A stretch of 64,000 nucleotides of DNA from Hemiscyllium ocellatum (lineage: Eukaryota), in contig NC_083412.1 of NCBI RefSeq assembly GCF_020745735.1, positions 59,424,320-59,488,319 of the forward strand. Direction: 5' to 3'. Every line of letters begins with the position of its first letter. Position 1 is the first letter of the stretch. This document shows positions 26,000 to 37,319 of the stretch, piece by piece. A model generated the notes under the pieces. It had not been told where the DNA came from. It ran no database searches and worked only from the letters and a program-made list of their open reading frames with translations. The translations under genes were made by a program, and so were the position numbers.

Positions 26000-27900
26000 T
26001 CTTCCTCCTAAGACTATAAGAAATAAAACCAGCAGTAGGCTCCAATGCCATCAAACCTGGGCTTTCTTTCTATACAAGACTGAATTTCTACCTTAACATC
26101 ACTTCCCACTCTATTGTCATATTTCTTAGTTATATCCTTTGATTCTGCTTGTGCTTCAAGACTATTGATCTTGGCCTTAAGCAAACTCATAGACCAAGCA
26201 TCCATAGTCCTCTGGGATTTAAAAAAATTCCAACTATGTGATCTTTCAATACCGCAATCTTAAATCTTATCCTGAAATTATAAGCCTTAGTCATAGCCTC
26301 TCTAGGCAGTGGAAAGAACTCTCCTTTCACTCTGTCTGCCTCTCTAAGACTTTTAAACACTTCAATGTGAGTACATCTTTTCTAAACTTTGGAGGATATA
26401 GGCCAATTTTACATGCTTTTTCCTCAGGGAACCCTTTTCATTCAGAATTCAGCCTAGTACATGCACTATGCAACACCTCCAAGGTAACTAACATCCTCGC
26501 TTAAGTAAGAACACAAAGAAACATCAAAAATAGGAGGAGGAGTCAGCCATTCAGCCCTCTCAGCTTGCTGCATGATTCAATATATTCATGGCTGATCCTG
26601 TTCCTGATTTCTCCCCATAACCTTTGATCCCTTTAGCCACTAGAACTATATCTGTCGAGTTTTTGAAAACATTCAGTGCTTTGACCTCAACTGCTTTCTG
26701 TAACAGATCAGTCCACAAGCTCACAGTTTCTCCTCAATGCAAGGCACTGTACAATTGCAGAAGATATCCTTGCCCCTCTACTCAAATCCTCCCACTATGA
26801 AGACTAACAATAACATTTCCCTTCTTCACTGCCTGCTGCACCTGCATGCTTATTTTCAGTGACTGTTCTACAGGACACCCAGATCTCCCTGCATCTCCCC
26901 CTTTCCTAATCTATCACCATTCAGATAGTAATCTGCCTTACTGTTTCTACGACCAAAAAGGATAACCTCACATTTATCCATATTATATTGCATCTGCCAC
27001 ACATTTACCCACTGACTCACTTAACCAAATCATACTGAAGCATCTGCTTACAGCTCATCTTCCCACCCAGTTTTGTGCTCTCTCCAAACTTGGAGATATT
27101 CCATTTGGTTCCCTCATCTAATCATTAATATACATTCGTGAATAGCTGGGGTCCAAGCACCGATCCCTGCTGCCTGCCAGTTGGAAAAAGACCTGTTTAT
27201 TCCTACAGTCTGTACCCTGTCTGCCAGCTCATTCATGCCAGTACATTATCCCCAAACCCACTTTAATTTTGCATACAAATCTCTTAGATGGTACCTTATT
27301 GAAAACCTTCTGGAAGTCCAAGTAAACCATATAAACTGACACCCCCACATGATCCCTATTATTCATATCCACAAAAAATTCTAGTGGATTTGTTAAGCAT
27401 GATTTCCCTTTTGTAAATCCATGCTGAATCTGTCCAGTCTTGTCACTGTTTTTCATTTTGTTATTTAAGTGTTCTGCGATTAAATCTTTAATAAGGGACT
27501 GTAGCAATCTCAAGTGAACCAGCCTATACTTCCCTGTTTTCCCTTTAGTTCTTTTTTTTTAAATAGTTGGGTTACATTAGGTATCCTCCTATCTGTAGGA
27601 GCTGTTCCAGAGCCTACAGAAACTTGAAAGATGACCACCAATGCACCTATTATTTTTACAGCCACTTCCTTAAATACTATGCGATATAGACTAATCAGGC
27701 CTGGAGATTTATTGGCCTGTACTCCCAGTAATTTCTCCAACACTATTTCCCTATTAACATTGATTTCCTTCAGTTCCTCCCTCTCACTAGACCCTGTTTT
27801 CCCCAACATTTTTGTCATGTTATTTACATCCTTTGTGAAGACAGAACCAAAGCATGTTTTCAACTGGTCTACCATTTCTCTACGCACAGTACACTAGATG
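26000..27900 (-). mobile_element. CR1 LINE fragments
   Basis: QHGFTKGKSCLTNPLEFF, VYLDFQKVFNKVP, NKSPG. Confidence 0.8.
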
Positions 27901-28194
27901 CAGTTTTGTCAAAACCCTATCATCAAGAAAAGTAACCATCATCCCAGAGGACTGCTCTCTGTTTACAGATCGACAATTGGTGGTGGTTTAACCTGAGGGT
28001 CACCACAGCTCAGGCAAGGGGGTGAGCTTGTGAAGACAGGATCTTCCAGTTAAGCTCACCTGGTGTGGGAATGGAACCCACTCTGTTGGTATCACTCAGT
28101 ATTGCAAACCAGCTAACGAGCTGTATTTTCTTGTTGTCTTTCTTGCTTTAGTTCAATTATTCCTGCCTGTAAATTGATTGATCTGAATAGACTG

Positions 28195-28403
28195 AAAATG
28201 TGTTGCTGGAAAAGCGCAGCAGGTCAGGCAGCATCCAAGGAGCAGGAGAATTGACGTTTCGGGCATGAGCCCTTCTTCAGGAAGAAGGGTCCATGCCCGA
28301 CACGTCGATTCTCCTGCTCCTTGGATGCTGCCTGACCTGCTGCGCTTTTCCAGCAACACATTTTCAGCTCTGATCTCCAGCATCTACAGTACTCACTTTC
28401 TCC
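28195..28403. mobile_element. Short inverted pLTR hairpin insertion with 16-bp TSD
   Basis: TSD TGATCTGAATAGACTG at 28179-28194 and 28404-28419. Confidence 0.88.
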
Positions 28404-29339
28404 TGATCTGAATAGACTGTAGGTCGAGACATCCTAAGTGCAAAATCACCAGAGACTGCCTGGTTATGCATTAAAAATGGGAAATACAAACATAAGCACA
28501 TAGAAAATAGGAGCAGGAATAGGCCCTTCTGCCCTTCAGGTCTGTTCTACCAGTCAATACGATGATGATTATTCAGTACCCTTTTTCCACTTTCACCAGT
28601 TGCCCTTTCATTCTGAGAACTACACTTAACTTCTTTTTGAAAACATTCAATCTTTTAGCCTCAACTGATATTTGTGGGAGAGAATTCCATGCACTTACCA
28701 TCCCCTGGGTGAAGGAATTCCTCCACATCTCAGTCCTAAATGTGCTACCTTGTATCCTTAAATTGTGACTCCCTGGGCATCCAGAACATTCGCCCTGCAT
28801 TTGACCTGAACTAGTTCACAGAACTGTAATCTCTAAGCAAAATGTTTTCAAACAGTGCCTTTCACAACTTCAGATTATTAAGGGGCATTTCAGCCTATGA
28901 AGCATTTTTGTAAGATGTTATGTTGATAGGTGGTGCTATAATAGTTTTAAAATGTTTTGCGTTATTTAAAACAATAACAGTACCATTTGCTTCTCTATTC
29001 TGTGTTCGTGAAGTAGTGCACTGTCTCCACAAGTAGGAACTAAACAAGTGTATTCTTAGAGCAAAAATGCTGAGTAGATCTGTGATCTTGTTTACCTTCT
29101 CTATCAATTTCTAATTGCTTTCTTCACGTTCCATTTAAAGTCACATCTTCTAATACATTTTACATCCCTATCATTGAGTTTTTGCTTGTGAATTCTGTAG
29201 TATTTGGGTTTGTAAATGTTAATGTCTGGGACATGATTATATAAGAGAGCATATGACTCAGGGATATAGGGAGAATGATCATTGTTGAAACCATTAAAAC
29301 CTTGCTGTACAGAGTTATAATCCAGCAATATGTAATGAT

Positions 29340-30125
29340 TCAGTTGTTGTTGTGGTTCTGTTCGCCGAGTTGGGAATTTGTGTTGCAGACGTTTCGTCCC
29401 CTGTCTAGGTGACATCCTCAGTGCTTGGGAGCCTCCTGTGAAGCGCTTCTGTGATGTTTCCTCCGCCATTTATAGTGGTTTGAATCTGCTGCTTCCGGTT
29501 GTCAGTTCCAGCTGTCCGCTGCAGTGGTCGGTATATTGGGTCCAGGTCGATGTGCTTATTGATTGAATCTGTGGATGAGTGCCATTCCTCTAGGAATTCC
29601 CTGGCTGTTCTCTGTTTGGCTTGTCCTATAATAGTAGTGTTGTCCCAGTCGGATTCATGCTGCTTGTCATCTGCGTGTGTGGCTACTAAGGATAGCTGGT
29701 CGTGTCATTTCGTGGCTAGTTGGTGTTCATGGATGTGGATCGTTAGCTGTCTTCCTGTTTGTCCTATGTAGTGTTTTGTGCAGTCCTTGCATGGGATTTT
29801 GTACACTACATTGGTTTTGCTCATGCTGGGTATCGGGTCCTTTGTTCTGGTGAGTTGTTGTCTGAGAGTGGTAGTATGTATGTATGGTAGTGTGGCTAGT
29901 CCTTTGCGTTGCGGCATGTCCTCGTCCCATTGTCTTTCCCATAGGCATCTGTTGATGAAATTGTGCGGGTATCCATTTTTGGTAAATACATTGTATAGGT
30001 GTTCTTCTTCCTCTTTTTATATCAGGAGCATTTCCGAACTGACAGCCAGACTACTGCAACCACTAGGACTCATAACAGCACACAAACCAACAGTCACTCT
30101 CAGACAACAACTCACCAGGACAAAG
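29340..30125 (-). mobile_element. Penelope-like GIY-YIG/3' fragment with a short inverted 5' piece (30015-30125, +)
   Basis: SKTNVVYKIPCKDCTKHYIGQTGRQLTIHIHEHQLATK on the - strand. Confidence 0.9.
29385..29424 (-). ncRNA. Minimal type I hammerhead ribozyme motif in a Penelope pLTR (intact)
   Basis: - strand: GCA-CTGAGGA-T-GTCACC TAGACA GGGGAC-GAAAC-GTC-TGC. Shows the CUGANGA/GAAA core, stem I GCA/TGC, stem II, palindromic ACGU stem III and a GUC cleavage triplet. Confidence 0.75.
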
Positions 30126-31074
30126 GTTACGTCAACATTTTTTGACTGACCTTTCATTGAATTCAAATTTTGTCCATCTGCTCTGGTGGGATTCCAACAT
30201 ATGTCCCCTGAACATTAACCTTGCGTCTGGATTACTAGTCCAGTGATATTATCCATTACCCTACCACTTCCTCCTAAACAACATGGGAGCCACAGGGCTG
30301 GACTCCAGACCACTGAAAATGTGATGCCAAACCAGCATAGACAGTTGAAGAACTCTCAAAACAACTCCGTAATCAAATTGTAGAATCAGAAAATCAACTT
30401 GCAGACATTTTGAAGGCTGTACAGAGAAGCATAGCAGTCTGTGAGGAAATCCCAATCCCTTGGTTGCAAGCTTTGTGTAAGAGAATCAAACAACAATCAT
30501 GGATGTAGTGAGTAAAAGATCACTTATAATGATGCATGAGGCAGATAGCTGTGTGACAATGGATCCTCTAAGTTGCATAAAAGCCATTTGAAGGTTCCAA
30601 GCATGCAGATTGACATGGGACTTTGAGGTTTGGTTCTGGTCACCACTGCAGTGTCCTGGCCTGCACTGTAGGGAAACAAGAATTACAGGGAACATAGTCT
30701 GGGAAAGCCAGATCTCTATTAAGAGTAGCTTACATTTAAAACCCTGCTATCTTGGTCTGAGGACACCACCATTACACACAGTGACAGCAAGATAGCACAA
30801 CAAGAAAAATTAAAATGTGGCTGCAAATATTCAATACTCCAGGGGAAACAGTAAAGAGGCTAATGAAATACCTTAAAATAAAATGTTTTCAACAGCTTTG
30901 CATGGTTTGCGTGTACTGTGTTTTGCTGAGGAATTCCCCAGGAAAGCCAGTGACTGCAAGAATTAATGAGAGGCTGAGCCGTGAGGGAAAGTTTCAAATA
31001 CTGGGAAAAAAAAACTTAAACCATACAAAAGCTTAGAAAAATAATAGATTCTAAATTTTAACTATCTGTGAGAA

Positions 31075-31530
31075 CTGGATACATAACAGAGCCAAATTAA
31101 ACTCAAAACTGGGCCCTTTGGAGAAAAGAGATTCTTGAGGTATTGAATTGCTTCGGGATTGGACAGTAAGGCTGAGGCTAAACGTGTCAACACATTGCTC
31201 CAAAGGGGAAAAAAGCAGACTTATTACAAAACAGGACATAAATGTGAAGAAGTCTTAAAAGCCTTCAAACTCTTTCAGTCTGAGGAGCAACAGGATTCTG
31301 GAAAAGGACAAATTCAACACAGGGTCCAGAAAACAGGTGAACCAGTAACTACTTTTATTAAAGACATTGACAGCCCAGTTGAAATGTTCAAGAGTGGAGA
31401 CTTATGACTAGAATTAATACGAGACTGCATAACAGTTGGTATTGTTGATGAATACTTATTAAGCCTTTTGCAGTCTAAGGAGAGACATCACCATAGGTAA
31501 AGCAACACAGCTGATGAGACAAACAGAGGT
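31075..31530 (+). mobile_element. Ty3/Gypsy gag remnant
   Basis: LDSKAEAKRVNTLL, EEVLKAFKLF, QKTGEPVTTFI.D, ELIRDCI.VGIVDE across frameshifts, which is the Gypsy gag pattern. Confidence 0.7.
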
Positions 31531-31899
31531 CTGTAAATATAACAGGGCAATACTGGATAATAAAGAGAAACATGGTTCAGGAAACCTCCAGTGACCATAC
31601 AGTTCTTAACCACAGAATTATAAAAGAAGCATCAGAAAAGGAAGGATACATGGGAGAGCATGTGCAAATCCATAAACCCTGCCAGTGCTATGATATCTTA
31701 CAAATATTGCAGAAAAATATTCCATTTGAGAGGAAGTGATGAAGTACAAACTCAACCTTCACTGGTTTCAAAGAAATATTCTTCATACACAAAGCCGTTA
31801 AGTTGAAGAACCTCCACAAAATAATTGTCTGGAACCTGCAGGTGTCCAGGACAGTTACTAGGTAAGGAAGAGAAAGAAACATAGACTGAAAAGAAAGAG

Positions 31900-32460
31900 A
31901 CCATAAAACGATAAGATATCGGAGCTGAATTAGGCCATCCAGTCTACCAAGTCAAGAGTGCGGTGCTGGAAAAGCACAGCCACTCATGCAGCATCTGAGG
32001 AGCAGAAGAATTGACATTTCAGGCATAAGCACCTCATCAGAAAAGGCCAGCGTCAGCAGTCCTCACTTTCTCCATTCGGTCTATTGAGTCTGCTCCACCA
32101 TTCAATCATGGCTGATAGATTTCTCAACCCCATTCTTCTGCCTTCTCCCATAACCTTTGATCCCCTTACCACTCATGAACCTATCTACCTTCTTCTTAAA
32201 GATACTCAATAACTTCAACAACACAGTCTTCTGTGGCAATGAATTCCACAGATTCACCACCTTCTGGCTGAAGAAATTCCTCTTCATCTCAGTTTTAAGG
32301 GTTATTGCTTCACTCTGAGGCTGTGCCCTCAGGTCCTAGCCTCTCCTACTAATGGAAACATTCTTTCCATGTCCACTCTATCCAATCCTCTCAATATTCT
32401 GTAAGCTTCAATGATATCCCTCCTCGCCCTTTGAAACTCCATTGTGTACAGACACACAGT
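31900..32460 (-). mobile_element. CR1 3' fragment with a short pLTR insert (about 31955-32075)
   Basis: MKRNFFSQKVVNLWNSLPQK. Confidence 0.8.
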
Positions 32461-35446
32461 CATATGGTAAACCCTTCAATCCTGAGAGAATGAAAAGAAC
32501 TGAGAGATAAACAAACTGAGAAGTGAGGGATAGTTACAAGCTGGAGAGGGGAAAAGTTTATGTTACCTGCTTCTTCCTCACCTAGCAACACTGAAATTTT
32601 CAGGCAATTTTCATTGACAAATTCTGAAGTTGTATTTGACATTTTGTTCTACAGTCTGGTGAGCAACATAATTTATACATAAAAAAAGGAATTCAAAAGA
32701 ATTTAAAAAGTTAAGAATAAATAATGTTTAAATAAACTTCACTATTGCCATGCTTTCACAGCTCTGCATGGAGAAATTGCAAATAATTTTTTTCTGATTT
32801 GCAGAAATGCAATTGACATAAATAATTTGCAACCAAAGTGTTCCATGAATTTATTATCTTTCACAGCTTTTGTATGAAGAACCCAACCTGAACGCAGATT
32901 GCTACTTTCCATACCCCCCTGCAGAAAGCCTGCTTCAAGGAGATGAGGCCCAGCCATCAGAAAGAAATAGCAAAGCTGCATGACTCCAAGACAAAATATG
33001 TTATACAACAAGCCAATACAATACTAAGATATAATCAAATAACATCTGGAAAGAAGAAACAACTGTGACATGGTCAAGTTTCCTGTGACTAAACATCATA
33101 CGAACAATGTAATATGGTATTTCTGGGAATATATCAAAACAGAGTTGATGACCCAGTTAAAACCTATCCTCACTGACATCAAAATTAAATCTCATGGTCC
33201 CCACAATTAAGAGCAACATTCAGACTCATCAGCAACTTTTTTAAAGTCCATTTATGGGATGTCAGGTTACTGGCTGGACTAGCATTTATCGTCCATCCCC
33301 AGTTACCCTGGAGGGCACTTCAGCAATGACCATATTGCTAGATTGGACCGCGATGTCACTTTCCTTGCTTAAGGACATTAGTGAACCAGATGGGTTTTTC
33401 CTGACAGTTGACAATGGTCATAACTAAATTTTTAATTCCGGAGTTTTTTCATTGAATTCAAAATCTGCCAGCAGCCATGGCAGGGTTCAAACCTAATTCC
33501 CCATACATTGTCTTGGGTCCATGAATTAATAGTCCAGTAATTTCCTAAATTTTCCCAGAATGTGAACAAAACTCTTCTCCACTCCTCCCTCCTTATCCCT
33601 TGTAATTCCCATCTTTGTATTGCATTCCTTCTTAATTTCCCAAACTACATCTAACCATTACCCTAACATTTTTTGGTGAAATTAACTGTGCTTAAACTAT
33701 GTATTGTCCTTGGTACATACAAACACATGAGTTATACATATATGAGAAGGAATTGACCATTTGCCTGCTCTGCTATTCAATAGGATCACTGCGGATCTAA
33801 TTGTAACCTCAATGCTACCAGAGGTAGTAACATGCCCACTACCTCTAATAACTTTTCACTTTATTGTTTATCAAGAATCTATCCAACTCTACTTTCAAAT
33901 TATTCAAACACTCTTCAGCGCCTTTCCAGGAAGAGAATTCCAAAGATTCACAATTCTGTGGGAGAAACAAAAATCCTCTGTCTTAGATGGATGACACATT
34001 ATCTTTAACTGATGATCTACAAGTCACCCGGTTCCACGATCCATCAATTAACACACCTGTAAATGACTTTTTGTCTAACATGCAAACAATCGTTTCTTGT
34101 ATGTTACAGTGATGGGTTGGCAGACTCTGATTCGCCCAGAAGTAGGAAAACTTCTTGGCAATCAAAAGAATCCAAAAACCTTACAGAGTCTGCATAAGGT
34201 TTATATCCATTAATCTTTATCAGACATGGAGCATGAGTACATAATTACAACCAATCAATGGTTATAATCACTTCATGGGTAGTAGCTTGAACCAATGATA
34301 TTGATTAAAGTGTAGTGGCTTATGTCACCTTTTTAAAAATTCACAACTGACAAATGCACTTTAGTATTTCCTCGACAAGAACTTTCAACTTGCAAATGTG
34401 TTAAGTATTTCCTCATCTTATCCATCTACTACTTCATAGCTTTAACTATAGGTAATCATGTAAGCATGGGGAAACATCAGTCTTCAGTTTCTTGTTTCTG
34501 CCTGGTTCAGAGCAATCTAATTTAGCAATGCAGAAGCCCTTTTGTACACTTTGCAGAAGGCATTTTGTGCAGCTCCTTTATCCATTTTGTCCTACATCCT
34601 AGAGGCTCATAACCTCATAATCAATGACCCCATTCGAGATTCTTCCACAATAGGATCCTTCTTTTCTCATATTCAAAATTTTAAGGATCTTCTGTGTCTC
34701 ATTCAAGTCATCCTTTCCTCTTTCACATTCCAGTAATCAAAACCTAGCCTGTCCAATCGTTCTTCAATGGGGAGCCCGCATATTTCAAATATTCATATAG
34801 TAAACTTGTTTGAACGACTTACAATGTTTGCATCCTACATTGGCCTTGATTTCTCATATACAATGGTGCTGGCATTCAACTAACATTCCCTAAATTCCCA
34901 GCCTAGCTCTGCAATATGTTCAAGCTTTACATCTTCGCTTGAATGATTTAGACTCTAATCATGTTCCTTCATCCACCATTGTTGGCAGAGCCTTCAACTG
35001 CCTAGACCTTAATCTCTGGAAATACCCCTCTAAATTCTTTCATCTTCCTTCTTCTCACTTCACCTTTAAGACATTTCTTTTAAAGAATGCGTCTTCTGGA
35101 TCAAGCTTTCAGCTATTCTTCTGACCTTTCACTATAGCTTGATGTTCATTCCCTTTTATTTTTGTTAGTCTGTTTTGCTAATACAGGGTAATAGTAGGAT
35201 GTGTGACAACATGAAAAGCCCTCTTAAATGTCCATTGTTGCTCTTAAACGCTCACAGTATAGTCCCTATGCTGAAAATGCAATATGATAATTTACGAAAC
35301 AACTCTCTTTTATACCTTCAATAACAGAAAAATCAATCCTAGCTCTACTCATCCTTTGGAAATTATGGCTCAACAGATACGTTGTCCATCCAATAACCTG
35401 CCCTGGAATTCGATGTTTGATAACTGTCTTCTCTGGTGTTTTGCAG

Positions 35447-35835
35447 AATGAGGGAAGGCTGTTTCTGAGCTAGTATATAGCTATATTATTGATCTTACGT
35501 ACAACCGACTGTTCAATCATTTAAGGAACTCAATACTCTTGTTTTTATACAAAATGAATACTGAAATGATTTTAATGTTAATTTTGAAATTCATAGATGG
35601 GGAACAACTCTGAAAAATATGTCAGTAATAGACTAATGTCTACTAGTATATGCTTATGAAACATATTAATTATTTTAGACATTATTAGCATAAAAGCTTA
35701 TTTGATTGGTACTAAATAACCTTGGTGAATTGTAATTACAATAACCGTGAATAAATGCAATTAATGAGATAATTATTTCCATTTGTTGTCCATTAATAAA
35801 TTAATATTTAACAATAATGTTATCAAATAAAGTGA
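35447..35835 (+). other. Candidate terminal (mostly or entirely untranslated) exon
   Basis: Good acceptor tgtcttctctggtgttttgcAG (35445-46), then unique AT-rich sequence with AATAAA at 35750, 35795 and 35826. Could pair with the donor at 25219. Confidence 0.3.
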
Positions 35836-36004
35836 CAGCCAACTTAATCCTTTGTCATTGTTGAGAAAGTATTAAATGGTGAGAAACTATGATTTACACT
35901 CAGAAGACACATATTTGTAATAATTAAAGAATCAAGTGAAGGCAATTTGTTAGTGGCGTGGGTCAGTATAATGTATTGTATCTATTACTTAATACGTCTT
36001 GTAC

Positions 36005-37270
36005 TAAGACTTGAAAAACGTGGTGCTGGAAAAACACAGCAGGCCAGGCAGCATCTGAGGAGCAGGAGAATCGACGTTTCGAGCATAAGCCCTTCTTCAG
36101 GAATGAGGCTGGTGTGCCAAGTGGGCTGAGATAAAAGGTAGGGGAGAGAGAATTTGGGGGAGGGGTGATAGGAATACGATAGGTGGAAGGAGGTGAGGGT
36201 GAGGGTGTTAGGCTGGAGAGGGGGTGGGGGCCGAGAGTTCGGGAAGAAGATTGCAGGTCAAGAGGGCGGTGCTGAATCCGAGGGTTGTGACTGAGATAAG
36301 GTGGGGGGAGGTGAGTGCCTCCTTCGTCAGGTCCATACCCCCTACCAACCTAATCTCCACTCCAGTCACCTTCCCCTGCAACCGCAAGAAGTGCACTCCC
36401 TCGTCAGGTCCACAACCCCACCAACCCAACCTCCACTCTCGGCACCTTCCCCTGCAACCGCAAGAAGTGCAACCCCTATCAGCATTCAAGAGAGACCACT
36501 CACTCCGCGACTCCCTCGTCAGGTCCACAACCTCCCACCAACACAACCTCCACTCCTGGCACCTTCCCCTGCAATCGCAAGAAGTGCAAAACTTGCGCCC
36601 ACACCTCCCCCCTCACCTCCCTCCAAGGCCCCAATGGATCCTTCTATATCTGTCGCAAATTCACCTGCACCTCCACATACATTTACTGCATCCGCTGCAC
36701 CCGATGTGGTCTCCTCTACATTGGGGAGACAGGCCACCTACTTGCGGAACGTTTCAGGGAACACCTCTGGGACACCCGCACCAACCAACCAACCGCCCCG
36801 TGGCTGAACACTTTAACTCCCCCTCCCACTCCGCCAAGGACATGCAGGTCCTTGGCCTCCTCCATTGCCAGACCATGGCAACACAACGCCTGGAGGAAGA
36901 GCGCCTCATCTTCCGCCTAGGAACCCTCCAACCACACAGGATGAATGCAGATTTCTCCAGCTTTCTCATTTCCCCTCCCCCAACCTTATCTCAATCACAA
37001 CCCTCGGATTCAGCACCGCCCTTTTGACCTGCAATCTTCTTCCCGAACTCTCTGCCCCCACCCCCTCTCCAGCCTATCACCCTCACCCTCACCTCCTTCC
37101 TATATCATATTCCCAGCACCCCTCCCCAAATTCTCTCTCCTCTACCTTTTATCTCAGCCCGCTTGGCACACCAGCCTCATTCCTGAAGAAGGGCTTATGC
37201 TCGAAACGTCGATTCTCCTGCTCCTCGGATGCTGCCTGGCCTGCTGTGTTTTTCCAGCACCATGTTTTTC
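36005..37270 (+). mobile_element. Penelope-like element, second family: GIY-YIG region flanked by inverted terminal repeats
   Basis: C..C.LLYIGET..LAERFREHL and PVAEHFNSPSHSAKDMQVLGLL..QRLEEERLIFRLGTLQP across frameshifts. About 36010-36300 is the reverse complement of about 36990-37270. Confidence 0.85.
37181..37213 (+). ncRNA. Hammerhead-like motif in the second Penelope family terminal repeat
   Basis: TC-CTGAAGA-A-GGGC TTAT GCTC-GAAAC-GTC-GA. The same motif recurs in short copies at about 28255, 36075, 57900-57960 and 62745. Confidence 0.55.
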
Positions 37271-37319
37271 AACTCTTAGTTGAAAACAGTCAAGGCAGGC
37301 AGGAACAAAGCAGAAAACA

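Noticed and set aside
30340-30500. Coiled-coil-like frame VEELSKQLRNQIVESENQLADILKAV
   Set aside because: No pyrimidine-rich acceptor, bounded by stops, and no family recognised.
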